A DNA stretch of 64,000 bases from an uncultured Collinsella sp. (GCA_902493375.1 CABUPH010000011.1:6759-70758), one strand, 5' to 3'. Shown: positions 47,895 through 58,118, numbered from the stretch's first letter. Translations and numbers: made by a program. The notes: generated by a model from the sequence alone, not told the origin.

Positions 47895-49193
47895 CTACCG
47901 GTGGTCGGCGATATAGCCCAAAGCGACGGCGGTATAGGCCGCGGCACCGAGCGGCAGCTCGGCATCGTTAAAACGTGCCTTGGGATGGTGCTGGGCAAAG
48001 TGTTCGTCCGTGTCGGTTACGGCCGCGCCCACGGTAAAGTACGCACTTGGGATCTTGCTCGAGATAAGCGCGAAGTCCTCACTCGCCATGGCATGGAAAA
48101 GCGGCAAGAAAGCCGTCTTGGGCAGCACTGCGCCCACATAGCCAAGCGACGCCTGAGTCATATCGCTGTCGAGTACAAGCGGCGGAACATCCGAAAGCGT
48201 CTCGATGGTCGCCGGCGTACGATAGGTCGTAGCAACGCCGTTAACGACCTCCGCGATGCGGGTCTTTAGGTGAGCCATGAGCTCAACATCAAAGCCGCGC
48301 AGCGTTCCCTCGAGCACGCAGGTGTCGGGGATGACGTTGGCCGCCAAGCCGCCGGCGAACTTACCAACGGTAAGTGCGACTTCCTTGGCCGCCGGCACCT
48401 CGCGGGAGATAAGCTCCTGGAGCGCCAGGTGCACGTGGACGCCGGCCGTGATGGGGTCGATGCAGATCTCGGGGCTGGAACCGTGGCCGCCCTTGCCCTG
48501 GAGCGTGATGCGGAAACCGTACACACCCGAGAGCGCCGGGCTGCCGTAGAGCACCAGGCCAAGCGGCGACTGGCTGTTGACATGCATGGCAAAGGCCGCC
48601 TGAGGGCGCGGGTTCTCGAGCAAGCCGTCGGCGATGGCAGCGCGGGCGCCCTCGAAGGTCTCCTCGCCCGGCTGGAACAGCAGTTTGACGGTGGCATTGG
48701 CGTCGATGAGCTCGGCCTCGCGGGCCTTGAGCAGGCGCGCCGCACCAAGCAGGGCCGTCGCGTGCATATCGTGACCGCAAGCATGCATGCAGCCATTGGT
48801 GGATGCAAAGGGCTCGCCGGATTCCTCGACAACGGGCAGGGCATCCATATCGCCTCGGAGCATGACGACCGTTCCGGCCCGCTCGTCCTTGCACGTGCCA
48901 TTGCCCTGAGCGGCCGCGGCCGCACCGGCACCGATCAGGCCAACGACGCAGGAACCGTCGACGAGCGTGGTATGGGGGATGTCCATCTCGTCCAGACGTG
49001 CCTGGATATAGGCAGACGTCTGCGGAAGATTGTTACCGAGCTCGGGCATCTGATGTAAATCGTGTCGCCACGCAGCGAGCTCGTCTGCAAAAGCCTGAGC
49101 TTCTGCAACAAGACCGTCACCGATAGCGGTCTGCGCCGCCGCGGTGGCCTTGGGCGCTGATTGCGGTTGAAGATCGGACAGTGCTGGTGCCAT
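47895..49193 (-). CDS. M20D family amidohydrolase (N-acyl-amino acid amidohydrolase / hippurate hydrolase-like)
   Basis: Motifs HQMPELGNN, LRGDMDALPV, HACGHDMH and the metal ligands are present. I prefer the start MAPALSD at 49193, which has GGAGGG upstream. The ORF extends to 49247. Confidence 0.88.
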   Translation of the reverse strand: MAPALSDLQPQSAPKATAAAQTAIGDGLVAEAQAFADELAAWRHDLHQMPELGNNLPQTSAYIQARLDEMDIPHTTLVDGSCVVGLIGAGAAAAAQGNGTCKDERAGTVVMLRGDMDALPVVEESGEPFASTNGCMHACGHDMHATALLGAARLLKAREAELIDANATVKLLFQPGEETFEGARAAIADGLLENPRPQAAFAMHVNSQSPLGLVLYGSPALSGVYGFRITLQGKGGHGSSPEICIDPITAGVHVHLALQELISREVPAAKEVALTVGKFAGGLAANVIPDTCVLEGTLRGFDVELMAHLKTRIAEVVNGVATTYRTPATIETLSDVPPLVLDSDMTQASLGYVGAVLPKTAFLPLFHAMASEDFALISSKIPSAYFTVGAAVTDTDEHFAQHHPKARFNDAELPLGAAAYTAVALGYIADHR

Positions 49194-49270
49194 AGATGCC
49201 CTCCAGTAACGTTTTTGCAGCAAGCACTTTGATAGCGTAAAGTGCAAGGTACTACTTTAAGGGCGACGCA

Positions 49271-49297
49271 TAAAAAATGCCGCCCTGGGAGGGCGGC
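49271..49297 (-). terminator. Rho-independent terminator of the EamA transporter gene
   Basis: GCCGCCC-TGGGA-GGGCGGC (49279-49297). ATTTTTTATG follows on the minus strand. Confidence 0.75.
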
Positions 49298-49309
49298 GCA
49301 ACAAGTTGT

Positions 49310-50293
49310 TTACAATTGCGGGTGTGATTTTCGGCGCAAGAAATCGAAATGCGTCTCGCTCAAGATAATCGAAAGAAAGATGAGCGCGAAGCCGGCGAGC
49401 AGGCGCGAGGTGAGCGCCTCCCCCATCAGCAGCACCGAGAACAGCACGCCCGAAGGCGACTCCATCGAAAGGAGCAGTGAGCCCGTCGAGGCCGAGACAT
49501 GCGCCAGGCCGACGTTTTGGATGAGCAGAGCCGCGCATGTGCAACCAACCGAGAGAAACGCCATCGCGCTGATAAAGCTCGGCGTCCACACGGACAGAGG
49601 CGCTTGGGTCTCGAATAGCAGCGACGTTGCCAGGCTCAGCACGCCGTTGCCCACAAACATCCAAAACGTGATGACGTTGATGTCCATTTTGCGACCGTAC
49701 TTGGCAGTCACCGCCATCTGGATGGCGAAAAAGACCGCACCCGCCAGCGTAATGACATCACCGATGTTGAATTCAACGCTATCGAGCGCCACCAAGCCAA
49801 TGCCCGCCAAGCACAGCAGCGCCGCGCCCAGGTTATAGCGGGTGAGTTTTTCGCCGCTCAGAAAATAGCTCGCGAACGGCACAACGATGCAATACGTGCC
49901 CGTCAAAAAAGCATTCTTGCCCGCCGTGGTGTGCGCCAGACCGACTGTCTGCAGGGCGTAGGCGGCCCACATAAGTGCGCCCATGCCAAGTCCGACGATA
50001 AGGTTGCGGGCGTTGAGGTGCGCGATGATGCGCTTGTGGAAGATGAAAAACATGACCAACGCCGCAGGCAGAAAGCGCACGTAGAGCAGTTCGAACACCG
50101 GAATGGTGTCGAGCGCGTCCTTCATGGTCGTAAAGGAGTAGCCCCAGACGACTGCCACCGAAAGCAGCAGGACTTTCCAGAACAGCGGCGAGCGAGCGCC
50201 GGCGCCGCGGGAGGTGCCGCCCGCGCCCAGGTCCTCGCGAGCAACAGGGCTATCGGGCATCATTTCGATATTGTCAGTGGCATGCTGGGCCAT
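49310..50293 (-). CDS. DMT superfamily (EamA-like) transporter
   Basis: 327 aa with about 10 helices arranged as two EamA-type halves. Confidence 0.8.
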   Translation of the reverse strand: MAQHATDNIEMMPDSPVAREDLGAGGTSRGAGARSPLFWKVLLLSVAVVWGYSFTTMKDALDTIPVFELLYVRFLPAALVMFFIFHKRIIAHLNARNLIVGLGMGALMWAAYALQTVGLAHTTAGKNAFLTGTYCIVVPFASYFLSGEKLTRYNLGAALLCLAGIGLVALDSVEFNIGDVITLAGAVFFAIQMAVTAKYGRKMDINVITFWMFVGNGVLSLATSLLFETQAPLSVWTPSFISAMAFLSVGCTCAALLIQNVGLAHVSASTGSLLLSMESPSGVLFSVLLMGEALTSRLLAGFALIFLSIILSETHFDFLRRKSHPQL

Positions 50294-50494
50294 AGGGCAT
50301 CCTCGCGCTCAATCTGGGCGTGGTGTCCGCACGCGCATGGCTGCGTGCCGCCTCATGGTCAAATAAAAGCAGGGCGCACCGGACCCCCGGCACGCCCCGC
50401 TACTGTAGCAACAACCAAGCAGCCCGTGCAATTCACTACGCTAAAGCATCGGGTTGGAAGATCTCGATGTTCCGACGGCGTTTACGTTGCTGAA

Positions 50495-52684
50495 CTAAAT
50501 CAATTTGGTTGACTCCAGTTTTTCGATGATCCAGTCGTTGGCTTTGATGACCGGGCGGCGGAAGACGACGCCCAGTGCCAGCGACGGAATCAGATAGCTC
50601 GCCAGAATGCCTAGCTCAATCCAGTACTCCATGTGGTACGCACCGGCCATGGCGGCATGCATGGCGTTGATGCCGTGGGTGAACGGCAGGAACGGATAGA
50701 TCGCCTGGAACACGGGGCCGGTCATCTCGATGGGGAACGTGCCGCCCGAACCGCCGACCTGCATGACCAGCAGCACGACGGCGAGCGCCTTGCCGATATC
50801 GCCAAACGAAACCGTAAGCGTGTAGACGATATTGGAGAACACGAGACTCGCGACCCAGCCCGCCAGCACAAACTGCAGCGGGTCGTCGCACTGGATGCCA
50901 AAGAACAGGATGTCGCCCGCACACACGAGCGTTGCCTGCAGCAGGGCCAGACCGCCAAAGAACAGGTAGCGGCCCAGGTAGATCTCGTGCAGGCGCACGG
51001 GGATGAGCTCGTTGATAAGCTCATCGTCAACCGAGACCTTCATCATGGCCGCCAGCACAATCGAGCCCACCCAGAGCGACAGAATCGTGTAGAACGGTGC
51101 CATGGCCGAACCGTAGTTGCGGATCGGATAGACCGGCTTGCGATCGAGCGCGACGGGGCCGGAAAGCGACACGGCCAGACCCTCGGGATCATTGCCGATC
51201 ATCGTCTTGATCGTAGCGAGGTCATCCGACATCAAGGCGCCGTCGAGCTCGTCCTTAAACGCACTGATCTTGTCCGACGCCTCGCCCAGCTGATCAGAAG
51301 CCTTGTTGACCAGCTTTGCAGCTTTGGAGAGGCCCTTTGCCAGCGAACCGGATGCGTCGGTCAGGCCAGCAACAGCACTATCCAGATCGTTCGAAATACC
51401 GTTCAGCGAATCCAAAACGCCCGAGATGGTCTTCTTGAGCTCCTTTGCCTTGGCCGAAAACGTAGAGTCGTAGTCAGTCTTGGCGCCCGAGATACCAGCC
51501 TTGGCATCCGCGATTGCCTGATCGACCTCGGCACGCGACTTATTAACCTCTGCCATGCTGTCAGAGAGAGACTTCGCGGTGGCCGTCAAGTCCTTGGCGT
51601 TGTTGCGATACTCCACAGCAATCCTGCTCAGCGATGTTGCCACAGACTTGAGGCTGTCCTGGAGTTTTTCGTCAGTCACCTGATCGGCAAAGCTGCGGAG
51701 CTGGTCGGCCGTGGCGTCGATATCGTCGGCACGCGTGTTGAGCGCCGCCGCGGCATCGTTGAGCTGGGACACTGTAAGGTCGACATGTTGATTCGCGGCA
51801 TCAAATGCCTTCGCAAGCTCGGCGGACACGTTGTCAAACGAGCCCGCGCTTCCGTCAATCGCGGCATTGATGGCGTCGTTGGCGTCCTTCAGCGCTTCCT
51901 TGGAATCGCTAATACCGCTTTTGACATGCTCCATCAGCTGCTTCGTTGACTCATCGACCGTGCCCGTCTGCTTGAGCATGCCGCTCGCCGACGTCAGCGA
52001 ATCGGACGTGGAGCTCAAAATGCCCGCCAGCGACGAAGCATTTGCCCGAACGTCTCGCAGGTCCTCAATCGAATCGCCGAGCGTCGAGGACAGGTTGGCG
52101 ATAAAGTTACCCACCTGGTCGGTGCTCATGTAATCGAGCAGGCTGGACACCGTCTTAAGACCGATCGTCGTAATGGTCTCGGTAAAAGTTTTGTTAACCT
52201 GGCTCTGGACGGCGCTCGAACCCTTCTCGGTCACGATCTGCGCAATGGCGTTGGCCTTCTGATTCTCGTAGAACTCGATATCGGCATGCTTCACGTCGGT
52301 CGAGAAAAGCGTCATCATGTCAGCGCTAAACGTTTTGGGGATAACGACGGCAGCATAGTACGCGCCCGACTTAACGCCCTCGATAGCCTTTTCGCGATTG
52401 TTGAGCACAACCCAATCGAAGCTCTCGTTGCCGCGTAGGGTGGCGGTCACGTTTTCGCCCACGTTAACCTCGACGGGGATCAAATCGCTCTCGTAACCCT
52501 CATCGGTGTTGACCACGGCGATCTTAAGATTGCCGGTGTTGCCGTACGGATCCCAGCTGCCGGCGATGTTAAACCACGCGTACAGACACGGTACGATAAT
52601 GAGGCCCATCACGACAACCAAGCCGATCACGGAGCGAGACACGTTTTGGACATCGCGCTTAAACAGATGCAGGATGTTCTTCAT
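50495..52684 (-). CDS. YhgE/Pip domain-containing membrane protein
   Basis: It has the N-terminal signature FKRDVQNVSRSVIGLVVVMGLIIVPCLYAWFNIAGSWDPYGNTGNLKIAVVN. A long helical extracytoplasmic region follows, then a C-terminal ABC-2-type 5-6 helix bundle. The ATG directly abuts the stop codon of the upstream paralog. Confidence 0.85.
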   Translation of the reverse strand: MKNILHLFKRDVQNVSRSVIGLVVVMGLIIVPCLYAWFNIAGSWDPYGNTGNLKIAVVNTDEGYESDLIPVEVNVGENVTATLRGNESFDWVVLNNREKAIEGVKSGAYYAAVVIPKTFSADMMTLFSTDVKHADIEFYENQKANAIAQIVTEKGSSAVQSQVNKTFTETITTIGLKTVSSLLDYMSTDQVGNFIANLSSTLGDSIEDLRDVRANASSLAGILSSTSDSLTSASGMLKQTGTVDESTKQLMEHVKSGISDSKEALKDANDAINAAIDGSAGSFDNVSAELAKAFDAANQHVDLTVSQLNDAAAALNTRADDIDATADQLRSFADQVTDEKLQDSLKSVATSLSRIAVEYRNNAKDLTATAKSLSDSMAEVNKSRAEVDQAIADAKAGISGAKTDYDSTFSAKAKELKKTISGVLDSLNGISNDLDSAVAGLTDASGSLAKGLSKAAKLVNKASDQLGEASDKISAFKDELDGALMSDDLATIKTMIGNDPEGLAVSLSGPVALDRKPVYPIRNYGSAMAPFYTILSLWVGSIVLAAMMKVSVDDELINELIPVRLHEIYLGRYLFFGGLALLQATLVCAGDILFFGIQCDDPLQFVLAGWVASLVFSNIVYTLTVSFGDIGKALAVVLLVMQVGGSGGTFPIEMTGPVFQAIYPFLPFTHGINAMHAAMAGAYHMEYWIELGILASYLIPSLALGVVFRRPVIKANDWIIEKLESTKLI

Positions 52685-55501
52685 TTATGCCTCACCTCCT
52701 TTGGAGTGCTTGCCAAGCGCGGTGGTATCTCCATCATTTGTGGCTGTGCTGTCGCTGCCCTGAGATTTATGGTGCGAGCCGATATGCGGCAAGCGGCCCG
52801 TGGACTGATCGCCGCCCTTGGCACCACGCTCGCTGGCGTTGAGGCCAAACATGTGGCGGGCGGCAGGAATGGCGGCCGTGTGTTCGCGCATCTCGCGACG
52901 CAGGTCCTCATCCGAAAGCGCCGAGATGCGCATCTGGGTATTGAGGCTCGCTCGGATATATTCGATATTGATAAGCCAGCCGCAGATGGCAATAACCGAG
53001 ATGATCCAAATGACAAGCAGGATGATCTTGCCGTTATTGTCGATATCGAGAACCGTCGACAGGACAAAGAGCAGGACCTGAACGCCCACCACGGCGGCAA
53101 AACCGCCCTTGATGTAGTACGGGTAGCGATGTTCAAAGGCGACCGCATGATCGAGCAGTTCGCGACGGTACGAATCGGAATCGAGCATGACGCGCATGGC
53201 CGTGCGCAGCGAGTAGCGCTGGCGCGGCAGGTCGTTGGACTCGCAAATCATCATACCGGTCGTGGAGAGCTGTTTATCAAAGAGCAGGTTAAGGTTGAGC
53301 AGCAGCGGACGCAGCTGCAGGCCGATAAAGAGCGCCACGATCAAGAACACGCCCAGAATGCACAGGTCAAACAGGTAGTTGAACGAATACATGCCGCCGA
53401 CCGTCTCGCGCAGCAGATTGATGCCGTAGGTAAAGGGCAGCAGCGGGTGCAGCCACTGGAAGAAGCCGGGCATCATCTCGATGGGGTACATGCCCGACGA
53501 ACCCGGGATCTGCACGATGACGAGAATGACGCCGATAGCCTTGCCGATATGCTTAAACGTGGTGGACAGCGCATAGATGATATTGACGTAGGTGAACGAA
53601 ATGGCGATGCCGCCCAGCACGAACAGCAGCGGGCTGACGCACTGCACGCCAATCACCAGATCGCCTACCGTAACGATGATGGCCTGCAACGCGCCCAGGA
53701 TCACCATGAGCAACCAGCGGCCAAAGTAGCCTTGGCGCGCCGTAAAGCTGCCAACACCTTCACGGTCGACCTCGAGCTTGTAAATGGCGATGAGCACATA
53801 GCCGCCCACCCAAAGCGCCAGATTGGTGTAGAAGGGAGCGATGCCCGAGCCAAAGCTCTTGACCGGATAGATTGGCTTGGACGTCAACTCAACCGGAGAC
53901 GCCATGAAATCTGCCACGTCATTGACATCGACGCCCATCAGATCGGCCAGCTCGCCCATGGACTCGGAGGTCTGCAGCGCCGCGATGTCATTGGCGGCGG
54001 TTGCAAGCTTGTCCTGGACCTTGGCAAGCGAGGAATCGGTCTGGGACAGCGTGGTCTTGGCCTGGCCGAGCGTAGCGCTAAGCTGCGCCAACGTGCCGCG
54101 CGCATTTGCAAGTGTAGGTGTCATACCCGAGACGATACCGGTCAGGTCGCCCGAAACGGCAGCAAAAGAGTCGAGCGCGCTCGAGGCCTTCGGCAGCGCG
54201 TTTTGGCCCAAGTCCGTCTGGGCTTGGCCAAGGTTGGTCGCACCGGTATGAATTGCGTTATTGATAGCGTCACTGGCACCCGAAACAGCCGCTGCGTCAT
54301 TCGCCATGGCGCTCGACTGCGCGGACAGACCGTCCTTGATGCTCTGAAGCTTTTCATTCTGCTCTCGAAGCAAATCGATGGTCGATACAATGCGCGCGTC
54401 AATTTCCTCGGAACCTGTCGACGTGTCATTGGCGAGAATCTCCAAGTGCCCGATAACGGCCTTATTGTGGTCGATCGTCGCTTGAAGAGACTCGAGCGAG
54501 TTGTCGATACGGGTGGTCGTAGATGTGACCGCGCCCGTCAGCTTGCCGATGGCAGCGTTCGCAGAGGCCGACGTCTTGGTGAGCGCAAGGCTGCCTTCCG
54601 AGAGCGCCTTGGAGAGCGAGGTGATGGAGTTGCCCGCCGTGGTGCGAGCTTCGCTCAGCAGGTCGTTGCCCTGGGAGATCGCCTGTGTCAGCGACGGTGC
54701 CTGGTCTTGCAAGCCGGCAAGTGCCGCATCAGCCGAGGCGATAGCGCCACTCGTCTTATCGATGGCGGCATTCATATCGCCAATCGAATCGCGCACCTCG
54801 CCCAAGGTGTCGGACGCCTCGGACACCGAACTTGCCAGCGAGTCCTGAGTCTGGGTTGCCTTGTCCTTTAAATCGACACCGGCATCCTTGGCGATACCGG
54901 CAACAGTCTTGCCTACCGTAGAGACAAATTCCGAGTTGATCTGCTCCTCGATGGTGTTTGCACCGGTATCGGTAACCTTGGGCGCAATGGCGCTCTTCTT
55001 CTCATTGACGTAGTACGTGAGCTTGGGCTGATGGTAGTTGCCGTCGAGCATCGAAACCAGGTTATCCGAGAAGTTCTTGGGAATCACGATAGCGGCATAG
55101 TACTCGCCGCTCTCGACGCCCTCCTTGGCATCGGCCGTCGAGTCGACGAACGTCCAGCCCAACTGATGATTCTCCTTGAGCTGGTCGACCACTTTGTCGC
55201 CAGCGTTGAGCTCACCCACCAAGTCGTTTTGGGTGCCTCGATCGTTGTTGGCGATAGCAATCTTGATGCCTTGGGTGTTTCCATACGGATCCCAGTTTGC
55301 CACGATGTTATACCAGGCATACAGCGAGGGAATAACGCACACGCCTAGGGTAACCACCAGGGCGACGGGGTTCACAAGCAGTCGCTTAATGTCGCGCTTA
55401 AATATCGCAAAGGACACCTTTGCATTGGATAGTTTGCTGCCGAGACTCACGCTTGGACCATCCATCCTGTCGTTAAATCGAATCGTACTATCGACAACCA
55501 T
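52685..55501 (-). CDS. YhgE/Pip domain-containing membrane protein (longer paralog with an extra C-terminal module)
   Basis: It shares the N-terminal signature (FKRDIKRLLVNPVALVVTLGVCVIPSLYAWYNIVANWDPYGNTQGIKIAIAN), the long Ala/Ser/Thr-rich helical region and the ABC-2-type bundle. It adds about 200 aa containing two further helices and a charged tail. The start is uncertain (55501 or an internal Met). Confidence 0.85.
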   Translation of the reverse strand: MVVDSTIRFNDRMDGPSVSLGSKLSNAKVSFAIFKRDIKRLLVNPVALVVTLGVCVIPSLYAWYNIVANWDPYGNTQGIKIAIANNDRGTQNDLVGELNAGDKVVDQLKENHQLGWTFVDSTADAKEGVESGEYYAAIVIPKNFSDNLVSMLDGNYHQPKLTYYVNEKKSAIAPKVTDTGANTIEEQINSEFVSTVGKTVAGIAKDAGVDLKDKATQTQDSLASSVSEASDTLGEVRDSIGDMNAAIDKTSGAIASADAALAGLQDQAPSLTQAISQGNDLLSEARTTAGNSITSLSKALSEGSLALTKTSASANAAIGKLTGAVTSTTTRIDNSLESLQATIDHNKAVIGHLEILANDTSTGSEEIDARIVSTIDLLREQNEKLQSIKDGLSAQSSAMANDAAAVSGASDAINNAIHTGATNLGQAQTDLGQNALPKASSALDSFAAVSGDLTGIVSGMTPTLANARGTLAQLSATLGQAKTTLSQTDSSLAKVQDKLATAANDIAALQTSESMGELADLMGVDVNDVADFMASPVELTSKPIYPVKSFGSGIAPFYTNLALWVGGYVLIAIYKLEVDREGVGSFTARQGYFGRWLLMVILGALQAIIVTVGDLVIGVQCVSPLLFVLGGIAISFTYVNIIYALSTTFKHIGKAIGVILVIVQIPGSSGMYPIEMMPGFFQWLHPLLPFTYGINLLRETVGGMYSFNYLFDLCILGVFLIVALFIGLQLRPLLLNLNLLFDKQLSTTGMMICESNDLPRQRYSLRTAMRVMLDSDSYRRELLDHAVAFEHRYPYYIKGGFAAVVGVQVLLFVLSTVLDIDNNGKIILLVIWIISVIAICGWLINIEYIRASLNTQMRISALSDEDLRREMREHTAAIPAARHMFGLNASERGAKGGDQSTGRLPHIGSHHKSQGSDSTATNDGDTTALGKHSKGGEA

Positions 55502-55651
55502 TGTAGTAGGCGCTTTAACGTCTCAAAGCACAATGGTGTTGAGTTTTGCGGGTAGCAATATACTACGAAGATGAGTTAACGTACAGATGTACAGTATCCT
55601 AAATTTCAGCAGGTCACAAAACCACAACCCGCACAAATTAGCAATTCAAAT

Positions 55652-55705
55652 AGTCATCGGGGACGTTCTTAAATGACTAGTCAAACAAGAACGTCCCCAA
55701 TGACT
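55652..55705. repeat. 19-bp stem hairpin upstream of the YhgE/Pip genes
   Basis: AGTCATCGGGGACGTTCTT-16 nt-AAGAACGTCCCCAATGACT, with one mismatch. The loop itself contains the palindrome TGACTAGTCA. Confidence 0.7.
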
Positions 55706-55748
55706 ACTTAGGACCACGGCAACGTCGATGTTTTGGCAATGCCAGCGA

Positions 55749-55848
55749 GCGGGCGCCAGAGCGAACAAATTGGCATGAAAAGAGGACGGCATAGACCTTC
55801 TGGTCATGCCGTCCTCTTTGAATGACAAGTTGTCGCTCTGGCGCCCGC
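55749..55848. repeat. 100-nt nested palindrome (outer 19-20 bp stem, 10/10 internal loop, inner 14-bp stem)
   Basis: The outer stem is GCGGGCGCCAGAGCGAACAA / TTGTCGCTCTGGCGCCCGC. The inner stem is AAAGAGGACGGCAT / ATGCCGTCCTCTTT around a 13-nt loop. Confidence 0.75.
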
Positions 55849-55891
55849 GCAGCGTCGGCCGGTCCGCCGTTCGTTAGAACGGCGGAACCAA

Positions 55892-57916
55892 TTACATCAG
55901 CTCACAAACAGCCGCCGCGAAGGCTACGGGATCCTCGGGGAGGATGCCCTCGACCAGCAAAGCCTGGTCATAGAGCAAACCGGAGTACTGCTTGATCTTG
56001 TCGGCGTCGCCCGCCTTCTGAGCGGCGACGAGCTTGGAAAAGACCGGGTGCTTGGCGTTGAGCTCGAGCACGCGCTGGCTCTTGGGCATACCGTCGGGCG
56101 CGCCCTCGGGACCCTTCTGGAGTACCTTCTCCATCTCGAGCGAAAGCGGGCCCTCGGTGGTGATGCACGCGGGAGCATCGGTCAGGCGCGCAGAGACGGC
56201 AACCTTCTCGACCTTGTCGCCGAGTGCCTCCTTCATGGCGTTAAAGAGGTCCTCGTTCTCCTTGGTGGCGTCCTCGGCCTCCTGTTTCTCGTCCTCGGTC
56301 GCCAGGTCAAGATCACCGGTCGCGACGTTCTTGAGCTCCAGATGACGATCCTCGACCTCGGGCTCGGCACCGTCGGCCACAGCCTTTTCGGCAGCCTCGC
56401 GAGCTGCGTCGTCCTCATAGATCTTGGGCATATCGGCGGCAACGTACTCACGCATAGCTTGGAACGTGAACTCATCCACATCCTGCGTCAGCAGCAGCAC
56501 GTCATAGCCGCGGTCGAGCACGCCCTTTACCACGGGCATCTTGGCCAAGCGCTCGCGCGAGTCACCGGCGGCGTAGTAGATGGCCTTCTGATCCTCGGGC
56601 ATGCCCTTGGCATACTCGGCCAGGGTAATCATCTTCTGTTCCTTGGCAGACCAGAACAGCAACAGGTCGGCGAGCTCATCGGCCTTCATGCCATAGCTCG
56701 AGTAGATGCCGTACTTAAGGCCGCGGCCAAAGTTCTCAAAGAACTTCTCGTAGGCCTCGCGGTCGTTGTCACGCATATCCTCAAGGTCAGCGGTGATCTT
56801 CTTTTCCACACGCTTGGCGATGGCCTTGAGCTGACGGTTCTGCTGCAGCGTCTCACGCGAGATGTTGAGCGACACGTCGGCGGAATCCACGACACCGCGC
56901 ACAAAGTTGTAGTAGTCGGGCAGCAGGTCGTCGCACTTCTCCATAATCAGCACGTTGGAGCTGTAGAGCGCCAGACCCTTCTCGTAGTCCTTGCTGTACA
57001 GATCGAACGGGGCGCGACCCGGCACAAACAGCAGGGCGTCGTACTCGAGCGTGCCCTCGGCGTGGAAGCTGATGGTGCGCGCAGGATTATCAAAGTCGTG
57101 GAACGTAGACTTGTAGAACTCGTCGTAGTCCTTCTGCTCAACATCGGAGCTGCGCTTTTTCCAAATCGGTGTCATGGAGTTGACGGTCTCGAGCTCCTGG
57201 TAGTCCTCATACTCGGGCTTGTAATCGTCGCCGGCGTCCTCGGGCTTGGGTTTCTGGCGGCTCTTGGACACCATCATCTGAATCGGGTAGCGCACATAGT
57301 TGCTGTACTGCTGAATCAGGCTCTTGAGGCCCCACTCGGTCAGGAAGCGATCGTAGGTCTCGGCCTCGCCATCGGCGTCGAGCTTCTCGTTCTCACGCAG
57401 CGTCAGAATGACATCGGTACCGTGCTCGGCGCGCTCGCCATCCTCGATGGTGTAGCCCTCAAGACCGTCCGACTCCCACACATGGGCGACATCCTCGCCA
57501 TAAGCGCGGCTGACGACCTTCACATGGCTGGCGACCATAAAAGCCGAGTAGAAGCCCACGCCAAACTGACCGATGATGTCGACATCGGAGCCCTGCTGCT
57601 CGGCGTTCTCGGTCTTAAACTCCTCGGAGCCGGAATGGGCGATGGTGCCCAGATTGCGCTCGAGCTCCTCGGCGGTCATGCCAATGCCGTTATCCGAGAT
57701 GGTAATGGTGCGGGCGTCTTTATCAAAGGAGACGCGAATGGCCAGGTCGCCCTGGTCGATCTTGACGCTCGGGTCCTGCAGGCTCTTAAAGTTGAGCTTG
57801 TCGACGGCGTCGCTCGCGTTAGAGATAAGCTCGCGCAGGAAGATTTCCTTATTGGTGTAGATGGAGTTGATCATGAGGTCGAGCAGTTTTTTGCTCTCGG
57901 TCTTAAATTGACGCAT
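55892..57916 (-). CDS. htpG: Molecular chaperone HtpG (Hsp90)
   Basis: 674 aa with the N-terminus LLDLMINSIYTNKEIFLRELISNASDAVDKL and the motif GQFGVGFYS. Confidence 0.97.
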   Translation of the reverse strand: MRQFKTESKKLLDLMINSIYTNKEIFLRELISNASDAVDKLNFKSLQDPSVKIDQGDLAIRVSFDKDARTITISDNGIGMTAEELERNLGTIAHSGSEEFKTENAEQQGSDVDIIGQFGVGFYSAFMVASHVKVVSRAYGEDVAHVWESDGLEGYTIEDGERAEHGTDVILTLRENEKLDADGEAETYDRFLTEWGLKSLIQQYSNYVRYPIQMMVSKSRQKPKPEDAGDDYKPEYEDYQELETVNSMTPIWKKRSSDVEQKDYDEFYKSTFHDFDNPARTISFHAEGTLEYDALLFVPGRAPFDLYSKDYEKGLALYSSNVLIMEKCDDLLPDYYNFVRGVVDSADVSLNISRETLQQNRQLKAIAKRVEKKITADLEDMRDNDREAYEKFFENFGRGLKYGIYSSYGMKADELADLLLFWSAKEQKMITLAEYAKGMPEDQKAIYYAAGDSRERLAKMPVVKGVLDRGYDVLLLTQDVDEFTFQAMREYVAADMPKIYEDDAAREAAEKAVADGAEPEVEDRHLELKNVATGDLDLATEDEKQEAEDATKENEDLFNAMKEALGDKVEKVAVSARLTDAPACITTEGPLSLEMEKVLQKGPEGAPDGMPKSQRVLELNAKHPVFSKLVAAQKAGDADKIKQYSGLLYDQALLVEGILPEDPVAFAAAVCELM

Positions 57917-58118
57917 GTGCAGTCCTTTCGCGCTACCCCTGTCCGCAAAAACGGCCCGGTCGCCCGAGCCGCATCGCAGACCTGCTATGTTCAGACTTAG
58001 ATTTTATAACCCATTAACGCGCATATATACATACGGAATCGAAAAACTGTATGTCCGAGCGCTCCAATGCGTCAATTGCCAAGGAGTGTCCCCAACTGCC
58101 GGCAGAAAAGGAACGTCC

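Noticed and set aside
55862-55886. The hairpin TCCGCCGTTC-GTTA-GAACGGCGGA right after the htpG stop, considered as an intrinsic terminator.
   Set aside because: The stem is good, but no U-tract follows on the minus strand. I have left it uncalled. It may act together with the larger palindromes downstream.
57917-58118. A heat-shock operator (HAIR CTTGAGT-N7-ACTCAAG or CIRCE TTAGCACTC-N9-GAGTGCTAA) upstream of htpG.
   Set aside because: Neither consensus is present. Only a weak 6-bp inverted repeat (ACATAC..GTATGT, about 58036-58062) was seen.
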